64,000 nt of DNA, from positions 32,001-96,000 of IMG/VR virus record IMGVR_UViG_3300020162_001876; one strand, given 5' to 3'. The notes beneath the pieces are model-generated. The model was given only the letters and a program-made list of their open reading frames with translations. It did not search any database and was not told the DNA's origin. This DNA comes from a virus. Shown piece after piece: positions 19,312 to 28,870 of this stretch. The translations under genes and the position numbers were made by a program. The stretch's first letter is position 1. Each line of letters starts with the position of its first letter.

Positions 19312-20169
19312 ATGGCTAATATAAAGCATAACAAATATAAAAACACTGGAATATTATTCGAATTGCTGGTAAGAAAAATTACAGCAGATACTATGTCTAG
19401 TCATGATTCTAAAGCTGTATCTTTAATTAAAAAGTATTTTGTTAATACTGAATTAGCTAAGGAAAATAAGCTTTACCAATCTATATCTAAATCACAAAAC
19501 ATTAGTGAGGCTCAAGCAGAGTCGATTCTTTCAACCATTTTGGAGGTAAGTAAATCCTTAGATAAAACACAATTATCTAAGGAAAAATACAATTTGATTA
19601 AAGAAATTAAATCAAATTTTGATATTGATGACTTTTTTAAGGCTAAGATTAATAATTATAAATTATTATCTTCAACATATACATTATTAGAGGCCAATAT
19701 ATCTCCTACTAAAAATTTAGAGGATATTCTTAGTTCTAAAATGAATATCCTAGAACATATAGCTCAAATTAATAATATAAACTCACCACTACCTTCTGTA
19801 AGTGAATTTGAAACTTTAGATAAAGGAACTCGTGCGTTAGTTTATAAAATAATGTTAGAAAAATTTAATAATAGATTTAATACTTTATCTAATGATCAAA
19901 AAGATGTATTAAAAGAATATATTAATCATATTTCTAATACTACTAATTTAAAAAAATATGTAGATTCTAAATTTACATTATTAAAAGAATCTCTTTTAAA
20001 ATTTCTGCCTAAAATAGAAGATACTACTATTAAAATCAAAGTAAATGAGACAATAAATCTTATTAACCCTATTTTAGAATCTAAAACTCTAAAAGACGAT
20101 AATATAGTTACATTATTACAGTATCAAGAATTATATAGTGAATTAATAAAAATTCATAATGAACAATAA
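19312..20169 (+). CDS. Hypothetical head-module protein (possible prohead core component)
   Basis: Position between portal and protease; helical. Confidence 0.6.
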   Translation: MANIKHNKYKNTGILFELLVRKITADTMSSHDSKAVSLIKKYFVNTELAKENKLYQSISKSQNISEAQAESILSTILEVSKSLDKTQLSKEKYNLIKEIKSNFDIDDFFKAKINNYKLLSSTYTLLEANISPTKNLEDILSSKMNILEHIAQINNINSPLPSVSEFETLDKGTRALVYKIMLEKFNNRFNTLSNDQKDVLKEYINHISNTTNLKKYVDSKFTLLKESLLKFLPKIEDTTIKIKVNETINLINPILESKTLKDDNIVTLLQYQELYSELIKIHNEQ

Positions 20170-20830
20170 TTTAAAAGAACTAGTATTAAAACATTTAGCT
20201 GAACTTCTAGATGAAGAATCAGCTTCCAGTGGTGCTGGTGGATATTTAACTAAAGCTTTTGTTAGAAAACCAACTAATCAAGACAAAAATTCACCTACAG
20301 GGTTTGAAAAAATGCCTAAATCTGGTGATGTTTATAAAAAAATGGGATTTAGAATTATTAAGCCTAATGAAAGAATTGATGCTAAAGATTTATGGAAGGG
20401 ACAACATTTAGAAGAAAAAATGGGATACCCTACTCCTAAAGCTTTTAGAAAAATTAAAAAACAACATGAAATTTCTAAATCGGGGCATGAAGATTTACCT
20501 AACCCTGATAAATACTTTGAACTAGTGAAATTTAAAATAGTTGAACCTGAAAAAGAAAAAAAAGAACCAATTAATGAAGTTCGTTACTCTCAATTTAAAA
20601 ATGAAACTAGGACTAGAAAACCTCAAGAGCAATTACATATAGGAATTAAAAAAATTCAACATACTTTAGACGAAGTAAATAAATTAGTTGAGTTTGCTAC
20701 TAGAATGAAAACAGAATTAAAAGGTGATGCCGAACAAATGAATTACTTAAAACGTACTCATAATGCATTAATTAAAATCAATGAAAAAATACAATCAATT
20801 AACGAAAAAATTAAAGGTTTAACAGAATAA
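20159..20830 (+). CDS. Hypothetical head-module protein with LKELVLKHLAELLDE leader
   Basis: ORF track; leader motif. Confidence 0.65.
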   Translation: MNNNLKELVLKHLAELLDEESASSGAGGYLTKAFVRKPTNQDKNSPTGFEKMPKSGDVYKKMGFRIIKPNERIDAKDLWKGQHLEEKMGYPTPKAFRKIKKQHEISKSGHEDLPNPDKYFELVKFKIVEPEKEKKEPINEVRYSQFKNETRTRKPQEQLHIGIKKIQHTLDEVNKLVEFATRMKTELKGDAEQMNYLKRTHNALIKINEKIQSINEKIKGLTE

Positions 20831-20979
20831 TGGCAGCCGTAAAATCAAAATCAAGTTCTACACCAACTAAAATAGATAAACCTAAAAGAAAAAGACCTGG
20901 TGTTCATTCTAAATCTAAAACTTCTAAGTTAAAAGGTTCTAAGAATTATAAAAAATTATATAGAGGACAAGGACTTTAA
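20830..20979 (+). CDS. 49-aa very basic protein missed by ORF track (MAAVKSKS...KKLYRGQGL)
   Basis: TAATG-coupled ATG at 20830, TAA at 20977-20979; fills the gap exactly. Confidence 0.7.
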   Translation: MAAVKSKSSSTPTKIDKPKRKRPGVHSKSKTSKLKGSKNYKKLYRGQGL

Positions 20980-20980
20980 A

Positions 20981-20990
20981 AATATTTATA
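20981..20990 (+). promoter_or_regulatory. Putative late promoter AATATTTATA
   Basis: Recurrent motif, 3 nt before ATG. Confidence 0.5.
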
Positions 20991-20993
20991 CCC

Positions 20994-22280
20994 ATGACAG
21001 TACAAAATTTATACACGCAATACTTAGATGGTAAGGTAACCAAACAAAAATTTCTTTATGAAGTACGTAGAGATCAAAATCTTACTATGATATCTCCCAG
21101 CAATTCATTTGAAGATGTTGTTAAGATATTAAAAAATAAATCTATTATATCAGAAAAAGCTCATAAAGAAGCTAAACAATCTACTGGAAAGCAAGAAGTT
21201 GATATTATATCTAAAACTATTGATATGGTTAACCCATATGAGTATGCTAATGGTATGGATTATGAATTAGGAATTATAGATGTTCCTGTAACTGAGGGGG
21301 ATTTAGATGAAGAAAATGTACTTAAAGTACAGAAAAAAGTATTAGCTAATCTTACTAAAAATCCTTCATATTATACTGAAAAATTGTATGGTAGAGTTAA
21401 ATTCGATGGTGATAAAACTATTGAAATTAACAAAAAATCAATGGATGCTATTGGTAAAGGTAAAAATGCTAAAATAATCAGAGAAGGATTAGGAGACAAA
21501 CAATACTTTGATGCTCTCCGCAATTCAGATGCAAATAGTATAGAATCTGCTAAAAAAGTTTTAAAAAGAAAATTTAAAGATTTAGGTGATAAGAATATAG
21601 AATATTTAGCTAAAGAATGGGCTAAAAGAGCATTAGATGAACATGGGCAATATGCTGATAAAGTAGCTGATGTAAACCCACTTTCACAAAATGAATTAAA
21701 AGAAAATTACACTCCATTTTCTATAAATGAAGAACAAGAAGCCGTACTCCAAAGATATGCTGAAGCTACAGGTATACCATTAGACAATTTAAAAAATATG
21801 GTTGCTGAAGCTAGAGCAAAGAAAGCTAAAAAAGATTATGATGGAGATGGAACAATAGAATTACCTGAAGAAGAATATATGGGGTCTCGTAATAAATCTA
21901 TTAAACAATCTATGGCAGAAGATATAGATTTAGGTCATCAAGATAATGAACCTCGTATGATTAAAGGTGAATTATATCAAATAGCTAAACAAGCTACTGA
22001 ATTGTACAAAATGATTGATTCCGTAGATAATATGGGAGAAATTGATTTTCCTCATTGGTGGCAGGCAAAAATTGTTTTAGCTAAAAATTATTTAACTGGA
22101 GCTAAAGATTATTTGGATAGTGCTTTAACAGTAGGTAATGAAGAAGGAGAAATGGATGAAGCAGTTGCTTTAAAAGATAAAGCAGGTAATACTCAATATG
22201 CTAAAGATTCAACTGAAGCTTCAAATATAGAAAGAGCAGCTCGAACTAAAGGTGTAATCTTAACTAAAATGAATGTATAA
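20994..22280 (+). CDS. Multi-module probable internal head protein with DxDGDG loop
   Basis: DYDGDGTIE motif; modules bounded by ISE/IRE/LDE/LKE/INE/MAE/MDE. Confidence 0.65.
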   Translation: MTVQNLYTQYLDGKVTKQKFLYEVRRDQNLTMISPSNSFEDVVKILKNKSIISEKAHKEAKQSTGKQEVDIISKTIDMVNPYEYANGMDYELGIIDVPVTEGDLDEENVLKVQKKVLANLTKNPSYYTEKLYGRVKFDGDKTIEINKKSMDAIGKGKNAKIIREGLGDKQYFDALRNSDANSIESAKKVLKRKFKDLGDKNIEYLAKEWAKRALDEHGQYADKVADVNPLSQNELKENYTPFSINEEQEAVLQRYAEATGIPLDNLKNMVAEARAKKAKKDYDGDGTIELPEEEYMGSRNKSIKQSMAEDIDLGHQDNEPRMIKGELYQIAKQATELYKMIDSVDNMGEIDFPHWWQAKIVLAKNYLTGAKDYLDSALTVGNEEGEMDEAVALKDKAGNTQYAKDSTEASNIERAARTKGVILTKMNV

Positions 22281-22897
22281 TGAGTAAATCATTATTAATA
22301 GAATACGCCTTATTTACACCTAAATCAACAGTATTAACTGAAGGTAAAGGTGATAGAAACTTAGTAGTTCAAGGTGTTATTCAAAGAGCAGATGCTAAAA
22401 ACCAAAACGGTAGAATTTACCCTAAAGATATTTTAGCACGTGAAGTTGAAAAATACATTGAAGGGCCTGTATCTGAAAACAGAGCATTAGGTGAATTAGA
22501 TCACCCAGAATCAATGGTAATTAATTTAAAAAACGTATCTCATAACATCAAACAATTATGGTGGGATGGAGATGATTTAATGGGTAAAGTAGAAGTATTA
22601 CCAACACCTTCAGGTAACATCTTAAAAGAATTATTCTTAAATAAAATTACAGTAGGTATTTCTTCCCGCGGTATGGGTTCAGTTCAACCATTAGGAGAAG
22701 GTACAGTTGAAGTACAAGACGATTTCGAACTATTATGTTGGGATTTTGTTTCTACACCATCAACACAAGGGGCTTTTATGACTCCAACAGGATTAAGCGA
22801 AGGATATAAACCACAACATACAAGCAAATACTCAAAAATTAACTCACTAGTATCAGACATTATCTGTTCTCAATCAGGTATATGTTGTATTAGATAA
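22280..22897 (+). CDS. Prohead core protease (T4 gp21-like)
   Basis: NQNGRIYP; ALGELDHP; VSH; GISSRG.GS; D.VSTPS. Confidence 0.95.
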   Translation: MSKSLLIEYALFTPKSTVLTEGKGDRNLVVQGVIQRADAKNQNGRIYPKDILAREVEKYIEGPVSENRALGELDHPESMVINLKNVSHNIKQLWWDGDDLMGKVEVLPTPSGNILKELFLNKITVGISSRGMGSVQPLGEGTVEVQDDFELLCWDFVSTPSTQGAFMTPTGLSEGYKPQHTSKYSKINSLVSDIICSQSGICCIR

Positions 22898-22914
22898 CCT
22901 TAAAAAAAATAAAC

Positions 22915-23157
22915 ATGGAAAACTTTAACTTTAAAAAATATCTTTCTGAAAGTAAATTATTAAAAGAGGATTTACAAAGCGACTTATTGTTAGCTAATGA
23001 TGGACCTTTAGGAACATTTGGAGTAATACAGAGAGCTATAGAAATGGCAGCTAGTAATAAAGTATCAACAGAAGAGTTATCAAACGCACTATATGAAGCC
23101 CTAACTGAAATAGGAGCTCTCACAGATGTAGAGATCCCGTCAACAGAATTCCGATAG
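22915..23157 (+). CDS. Small protein with MENFNFKKYLSESKLLKE leader
   Basis: ORF track; leader resembles T4 capsid-targeting sequence. Confidence 0.65.
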   Translation: MENFNFKKYLSESKLLKEDLQSDLLLANDGPLGTFGVIQRAIEMAASNKVSTEELSNALYEALTEIGALTDVEIPSTEFR

Positions 23158-23201
23158 AATAAAAATTCTCTCTTAATTTTACCTAATTATTTTAAAAAAT
23201 C

Positions 23202-23230
23202 AAGCGCTTCCTAAAAAGAAGCGCTTTTTT
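23202..23230 (+). terminator. Intrinsic terminator
   Basis: AAGCGCTTC-CTAAAAA-GAAGCGCTT + T run. Confidence 0.8.
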
Positions 23231-23242
23231 ACTTCTCCTTAT

Positions 23243-23348
23243 ATATTTATGGATATCTCAATGATAGATTATCTCAATATAATCTCCCTCATAATCAAAA
23301 CATTCTATATTACTTCCTAATAAGTAATCAAAACAATCACAAATTATT
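23243..23348 (+). promoter_or_regulatory. Late promoter ATATTTAT followed by a ~95-nt leader with three stem-loops
   Basis: Hairpins at 23254-23266, 23267-23284, 23309-23328 with loops TCAAT/CTCAAT/CCTAAT. Confidence 0.55.
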
Positions 23349-24287
23349 ATGGCAAACGAAAACACTAAAATTTTTAGTGAAGCAATCGCTGAAGCAAAAG
23401 CTATTAGAGAAACCGCAATGGCTAATGCTAAATTAGCTCTTGAAGAAGCTTTCGCTCCTCGTATCCAAGAAATGATGAACAATAAACTTGCATCATTATC
23501 TGAAGATGAAGGAGAGATAGAAGAAGAATTTAAATCATCTAATGGAGCTATGCCTGGGACTGATTCAATGGAAGAAATTTCATTAGAAGAGTTACTAGCA
23601 GAATTAGAAGGTCTTGAAGAAGGTCAAGAAGAAGAACAACCAATAGAAGAAAACGAACTTTTTGAATTCGAAGAAGAAGATACAGTAGCTGAAATTACAG
23701 TTGAAGATCTTAAAGATATCGTTAGAGAAGTAGTATCAGATTTATTAGGAGGTTCAGAAGAAACAGACGAAGAAGAAATGGCTGGCGAAGATGGAGAAAT
23801 GGATGGAGAAGAAGAAATAACAGATGAAGAAGATGAATTAAGTTTAGAAGAAATTTTAGCTGAACTTGATTTAGAAGAAACTTATGCTTATGATGATGTT
23901 CCTGAAGACAATCCAGATGATATTGAAGATGATAAAGAACTTGAAGAAGCTATGTCAACTATTGCGGAATTACGTTCTGAACTTAACGAAGTTAATCTTT
24001 TAAATTCTAAATTACTTTATGTTAACAAGTTGTTTAAATCTAAAAATTTAACAGAAGCTCAAAAAATAAAAGTTATTAACGCTTTTGATAGAGCTGAAAC
24101 AGTTAAAGAGTCTAAAAACATCTATGAAACGTTACAAGAATCATTAACAGCTACTCAAATTAAGAAGAATCCAATTAAAGAATCTCTTTCATTTGCTTCT
24201 AAACCAGCAGGGGTCGCTGATAGAAAACCAATCGTTGAAAATAACGATTTTATTGCAAGAATGCAAAAACTTGCAGGAATTATTTAA
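23349..24287 (+). CDS. Prohead core scaffold protein (T4 gp22 position)
   Basis: Highly acidic coiled-coil protein directly upstream of MCP; ends RMQKLAGII. Confidence 0.85.
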   Translation: MANENTKIFSEAIAEAKAIRETAMANAKLALEEAFAPRIQEMMNNKLASLSEDEGEIEEEFKSSNGAMPGTDSMEEISLEELLAELEGLEEGQEEEQPIEENELFEFEEEDTVAEITVEDLKDIVREVVSDLLGGSEETDEEEMAGEDGEMDGEEEITDEEDELSLEEILAELDLEETYAYDDVPEDNPDDIEDDKELEEAMSTIAELRSELNEVNLLNSKLLYVNKLFKSKNLTEAQKIKVINAFDRAETVKESKNIYETLQESLTATQIKKNPIKESLSFASKPAGVADRKPIVENNDFIARMQKLAGII

Positions 24288-24323
24288 AAAATTAAAAACA
24301 ACAAAAATTAAAAAATTAAAAAC

Positions 24324-26006
24324 ATGTCAAATTTAGTAAATTCACTATTAGAGACTGCTAACCCATATACATCTATTCAAAAAGATGCAGCTAGATTAGC
24401 TGGAAAATGGGGTAGATCAGGTCTTTTAGAAGGTATTTCTAATGAAACTGATAAGTCTAACATGGCTATCATCTTAGAAAACCAAGCAAAACAATTAGTA
24501 GTAGAGTCTTCAAACACAGGTACTGGAGCATCTTTTACTGCGGGAACAGGTGAGCAATATGCAGCTGTAGCATTACCATTAGTACGTAAAGTATTTGGTC
24601 AATTAGCTGCTAAAGAATTTGTTTCTGTTCAACCAATGAGCTTACCAGCTGGTTTAGTATTCTTCTTAGATTTCCAATATGGAACTGATGTAGCTCCATT
24701 CTCAACAGCAGCAGGTACTAACTCAATGTACGGTAATAACTCAGCTAACTTCGGTAACGAAAGAGCAGGTGGTTTATATGGTGCAGGTAGATTCGGATAT
24801 TCATCTAACCAATTCTCAGGATCTCATGCAAGTGGTACAATTGGGCAAGCTGCTTCAACAAAAGCAACTCTTACATGTACAACAGCTTCATGGAGTGATA
24901 TTTCTTTTGATGCTGATTTATCTGGTTCTGTAGCTGCAGGTACTATTAAAGCTTTAACATTACCAACTTCAAGTATTACAAGTTGTGATGTAAACGCTAT
25001 TCGTGCTTTTGCAGTAAGTGGTTCAGGTGCTTTCACACCAGCTAAACAATTACCTCAATTTACACAATTAAATTTAGTTCCTGGTAATATTACTTATTTC
25101 TTTACTGCTTCTCAAGCTGAGGTTACAACAGCTGTAGCTGCTTTAACTACTATATTCTATAGTAAACAAACTGCTGATAACGCAAGAGGTGACTTCGAAG
25201 ATGCTTCAGGTGCTGGATATCCAAACGCTGAATCATCTACTGAGATTAAAATTCCTGAGATTAACGTTCAAATGAGATCAGAAGCTATTGTTGCTAAAAC
25301 AAGAAAATTAAAAGCTCAATGGACTCCAGAATTCTCTCAAGATTTAAACGCTTTCCATTCATTAGATGCTGAAGCTGAATTAACTTCTATCTTATCAGAG
25401 TACATCTCATTAGAGATTGATCTTGAAATCTTAGATATGTTAATCCAAAACGTTCCAACTAACCAAGTTGAAGTATGGTCGGCTAAAATTGGTAACCAAT
25501 TAGTGAATGGTACTATGCAATCAAACACATCAGGTGCTTACTACACTCAAATGTCTTGGTTCCAAACTTTAGGAATTAAATTACAAAAGATTTCTAACAT
25601 TATTCACCAAAGAACTTTAAGAGGTGGTGCTAACTTCATGGTAGTATCTCCAACTGTAGCTACAATCTTAGAATCAATCCCAGGATTCGCTGCTGATACA
25701 GATGGTGATGTAACTAAAGCTTCATACGCGTTTGGTGTTCAGAAAATCGGTGCTTTAAACTCTAGATATAAAGTTTACAAAAACCCTTACATGTTAGAAA
25801 ACACTATCTTGTTAGGATTTAGAGGTAACCAATTCTTAGAATCAGGTGCTGTTTATGCTCCATATGTTCCACTTATCATGACTCCATTAGTGTATGATCC
25901 AAATACTTTCACTCCTAGAAAAGGTATCATGACTCGTTACGCTAAGAAAATGGTAAGACCAGAATTCTATGGTAAAGTATTAGTAGCTGATACTAACATT
26001 ATCTAA
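24324..26006 (+). CDS. Major capsid protein (T4 gp23-like)
   Basis: VQPMSLPAGLVFFLDF; KTRKLKAQWTPE..QDL.A.H.LDAEAEL; YAPYVPL; GIMTRY. Confidence 0.97.
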   Translation: MSNLVNSLLETANPYTSIQKDAARLAGKWGRSGLLEGISNETDKSNMAIILENQAKQLVVESSNTGTGASFTAGTGEQYAAVALPLVRKVFGQLAAKEFVSVQPMSLPAGLVFFLDFQYGTDVAPFSTAAGTNSMYGNNSANFGNERAGGLYGAGRFGYSSNQFSGSHASGTIGQAASTKATLTCTTASWSDISFDADLSGSVAAGTIKALTLPTSSITSCDVNAIRAFAVSGSGAFTPAKQLPQFTQLNLVPGNITYFFTASQAEVTTAVAALTTIFYSKQTADNARGDFEDASGAGYPNAESSTEIKIPEINVQMRSEAIVAKTRKLKAQWTPEFSQDLNAFHSLDAEAELTSILSEYISLEIDLEILDMLIQNVPTNQVEVWSAKIGNQLVNGTMQSNTSGAYYTQMSWFQTLGIKLQKISNIIHQRTLRGGANFMVVSPTVATILESIPGFAADTDGDVTKASYAFGVQKIGALNSRYKVYKNPYMLENTILLGFRGNQFLESGAVYAPYVPLIMTPLVYDPNTFTPRKGIMTRYAKKMVRPEFYGKVLVADTNII

Positions 26007-26030
26007 GAATAACGATTCTTAATATTAAAG

Positions 26031-26059
26031 AGACCTAGCGAAAGCTAGGTCTTTTTTTT
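26031..26059 (+). terminator. Intrinsic terminator
   Basis: AGACCTAGC-GAAA-GCTAGGTCT + T run. Confidence 0.9.
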
Positions 26060-26069
26060 ATTACTTATT

Positions 26070-26079
26070 AATATTTATA
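26070..26079 (+). promoter_or_regulatory. Putative late promoter AATATTTATA
   Basis: Recurrent intergenic motif. Confidence 0.6.
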
Positions 26080-26100
26080 ATAAATTAAAACAATAAAAAA

Positions 26101-26364
26101 ATGGCAGATATTTTTGAAGGACACTTACCAAGACTAGAATCCCCATTAAGTAGATTAGAAGTAGTATCTTCTAGTTATACAAGCAGTGGGTATATTTTTG
26201 AACAAACTCCAAGAGCAATTAATTGTAGCTCAGATGGTACCTTATTAGTAACTATGGGTAGCTCTGTAACAGCATCTCTTTATGTAAATGCAGGACTAAA
26301 CCCATACCGAATAGAAAAAATTCATTCAGGATCTTCAGCAGGAACTATAGTAGGATTATATTAA
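26101..26364 (+). CDS. Small putative virion (decoration/spike-base-like) protein
   Basis: Follows MCP; beta-rich; ends TIVGLY. Confidence 0.55.
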   Translation: MADIFEGHLPRLESPLSRLEVVSSSYTSSGYIFEQTPRAINCSSDGTLLVTMGSSVTASLYVNAGLNPYRIEKIHSGSSAGTIVGLY

Positions 26365-26370
26365 GATATT

Positions 26371-26529
26371 ATGATAGGATCAAATATTTACATAACAAAT
26401 AGGTTTACAGTAGGTGATAAAATTACATCACGTATTAGTGCTTTCAAATCAAGAGTATTAGCAAATGGAGGAACTTTTGAAAGTGAGACCTGCTTAAAAA
26501 ACACACTAACAACATTAAACAACCTATAA
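26371..26529 (+). CDS. 52-aa protein missed by ORF track; homologous to N-terminus of 35012..36943
   Basis: MIGSNIY...SAFKSRVLANGGTFESETCLKNTL vs QAFKTRVLGDGSLFEAESCLETQL. Confidence 0.75.
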   Translation: MIGSNIYITNRFTVGDKITSRISAFKSRVLANGGTFESETCLKNTLTTLNNL

Positions 26530-27788
26530 TGAGTTTACTAGATTCAGCTTCGTTAATTTTAACACCAAACGCTTACTCATCTTCAAAAATATATAGTATA
26601 ATTCCATCTAACGGGAATGGTGATGCAGTATTTCAAAGAAATAGTCAAGCTATAGTAACTAATTCATCAAATTTGCTAACTTTACAACCTAGCACACTAC
26701 CTAGAATACAATATCCTAACACAGGATCAGGTTGCCCTAGTTTCTTATTTGAATATGTCAAAACCCAACAAGTAACATATAGTACTACACCGTACTCTAG
26801 TTCTACCTTCTGGAATCAAGGTTCAGGGTCAACATCACAAGTATCAACTATAAATTCACCCGAAGGTATAGCCAATGCTTCTGAAATAATAGCATCAGGT
26901 TCAGGGGAGCATTACCTAAGATCACATACATTAGGGGCAGCAACTTCAGGATCTATGTATACTGTATCAGCATACGTAAAACAAAAAGAATATGAGTTTG
27001 TTCAATTAAGAACTGCAAATGCAATAACATCCGTGAGTACTTTTGACTTTACTACTAAAACTATAACTGCTGGAAATAACGCTGTAAGTGCGAGTTTTGA
27101 GGAACTTCCCAACGGTTGGTATAGAATATGGCACCGAACAACCCCAATTACATCAGGGTCATTCCGTGTTGGTATACACTTATTAAGTGGATCTTCTACA
27201 ACTACTAATTTTACAGCGCCTGAAGGTAATACTGATGGAGTGTATTTTTACGGACCTCAACTAGAGCTAGGAAATTTAACAAGTTACATACCTACTACAA
27301 GTAGCGCAACTGCTACAAGAGTTGGCGAACCCCTAACAATATCTAATTTATATACAAATGATATAATAACCAACCAAGGAGGTACATGGTATGTAGAATT
27401 GGATAATACTCAAACTCCCATAGTAAGAGATGCAGCTTTTGGAATAAGGTTAGATACAACATCAAGTCTGGGTAACCCAGCAACTAATTTTAGAATATCA
27501 CCTCAAACTAATGGGAAAATGAGTATAATATCAGGTTCTACTGCTGTTTCAAATAATCTAGGAACTACTGATACTCTTAAAATTGCAATGAAATGGAATG
27601 GTACTAACTTAGTAAGTTTTTTTAACAATAATCAATCAGCATCAGTTGCATTTACCGCAACAAATATGGAATATTTACACATAGGTGGTTCTAATGGGCC
27701 TGGTGTTCCAATGTATCTAAAGAAATTATATATATTTCCAAAACCATTAACTGACGATGAATGTAGATCTTTAATACAATTACAATAA
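26529..27788 (+). CDS. Putative head/tail fibre or spike protein, beta-sandwich carbohydrate-binding-like
   Basis: LLDSASLILTPN, NGWYRI, G.QLE.G..TSYIPT; paralogue of 35012..36943. Confidence 0.7.
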   Translation: MSLLDSASLILTPNAYSSSKIYSIIPSNGNGDAVFQRNSQAIVTNSSNLLTLQPSTLPRIQYPNTGSGCPSFLFEYVKTQQVTYSTTPYSSSTFWNQGSGSTSQVSTINSPEGIANASEIIASGSGEHYLRSHTLGAATSGSMYTVSAYVKQKEYEFVQLRTANAITSVSTFDFTTKTITAGNNAVSASFEELPNGWYRIWHRTTPITSGSFRVGIHLLSGSSTTTNFTAPEGNTDGVYFYGPQLELGNLTSYIPTTSSATATRVGEPLTISNLYTNDIITNQGGTWYVELDNTQTPIVRDAAFGIRLDTTSSLGNPATNFRISPQTNGKMSIISGSTAVSNNLGTTDTLKIAMKWNGTNLVSFFNNNQSASVAFTATNMEYLHIGGSNGPGVPMYLKKLYIFPKPLTDDECRSLIQLQ

Positions 27789-27789
27789 T

Positions 27790-28080
27790 ATGCATATTTA
27801 TAAATTAAAATACCAGGACAAAACAAAAGCTACACAAGATTTTGTTAAAAAAGGAATATACTTAGAAACATCTGAAGGGATACAGTGGAGTGATTTTATA
27901 TTAGCTATAGTTGATATAGGATTAATTGTAGATATAGATGGCACTTACGATTCTAATGATAATATAATTACACCACCTACTTTTATTCCTGGATATCATT
28001 ATGATATAATGAGTACATTGGAAATAGATTTTGGAGATAATGAAATTTTTCCAAACAATCCTAAACATGGATTTCTATAA
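27790..28080 (+). CDS. Small fibre-associated protein; paralogue of 36940..37254
   Basis: KLKY.D, GYH.D.MS, NNPKH.F shared. Confidence 0.7.
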   Translation: MHIYKLKYQDKTKATQDFVKKGIYLETSEGIQWSDFILAIVDIGLIVDIDGTYDSNDNIITPPTFIPGYHYDIMSTLEIDFGDNEIFPNNPKHGFL

Positions 28081-28085
28081 AATGC

Positions 28086-28110
28086 AAAGAGGACATAAGT
28101 CCTCTTTTTT
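28086..28110 (+). terminator. Intrinsic terminator
   Basis: AAAGAGGAC-ATAA-GTCCTCTTT + T run. Confidence 0.8.
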
Positions 28111-28128
28111 ATTCAACATATTTTGTCT

Positions 28129-28137
28129 ATATTTATA
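28129..28137 (+). promoter_or_regulatory. Putative late promoter ATATTTATA
   Basis: Recurrent intergenic motif. Confidence 0.55.
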
Positions 28138-28159
28138 ATAAACAAATAAACGTTTCACT

Positions 28160-28846
28160 ATGGCATCCAACCGTCACACTGATGAGGTTTTCACACAAAA
28201 AAGAAAACCAAAAAATCCAATTAAGTTCCAACTCCAACTTAATGAAGAACAAAAATTAGCAAAAGCACTTATTATAGAAAATCCAGTAGTCGTTTTGAAA
28301 GGAATGGCAGGATCAGGAAAAACTTTAGTAGCAGTACAAGCTGCGCTAGATATGCTGTTTAGTAGAGAAGTAGAGAAAATTATTATAACAAGACCTACAG
28401 TAGCTAAAGAAGAATTAGGTTTTTTACCAGGGGATATTAAAGAAAAGATGGATCCGTGGTTAGCACCAATATATCACAACTTATACATGCTATACGGTAA
28501 GGATAAAGTTGATAAAGAATTAGAACAAGGTAATATTGAAATTGTACCATTTGCATTTATGAGAGGTAGAACATTTGTAAACTCTTTTGTAATAGTGGAT
28601 GAGGCGCAAAACGTTACTCAAGATCAAATGGAAACTGTTTTAGGAAGACTTGGTAAAGGATCTAAAATGGTAATATGCGGGGATTTAGCTCAAATAGATT
28701 TAAAAGTAAAAAAAGAAACTGGATTTTCTTTCTTAACAAGAGTCGAAGAACAAGTAGCAGGATTTAAAATATTTGCTTTAAAACAAAACCACAGACATGA
28801 AATTGTATCTCCAATATTAAAAGTATACCAAGACTTTAGAGATTAG
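28160..28846 (+). CDS. phoH: PhoH-family ATPase
   Basis: GMAGSGKT; LGFLPGD..EKMDPW; FMRGRTF; DEAQN; GDLAQ.DL. Confidence 0.95.
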   Translation: MASNRHTDEVFTQKRKPKNPIKFQLQLNEEQKLAKALIIENPVVVLKGMAGSGKTLVAVQAALDMLFSREVEKIIITRPTVAKEELGFLPGDIKEKMDPWLAPIYHNLYMLYGKDKVDKELEQGNIEIVPFAFMRGRTFVNSFVIVDEAQNVTQDQMETVLGRLGKGSKMVICGDLAQIDLKVKKETGFSFLTRVEEQVAGFKIFALKQNHRHEIVSPILKVYQDFRD

Positions 28847-28856
28847 AATATTTATA
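28847..28856 (+). promoter_or_regulatory. Putative late promoter AATATTTATA
   Basis: Recurrent intergenic motif. Confidence 0.55.
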
Positions 28857-28870
28857 TTAAATAATTTAAT

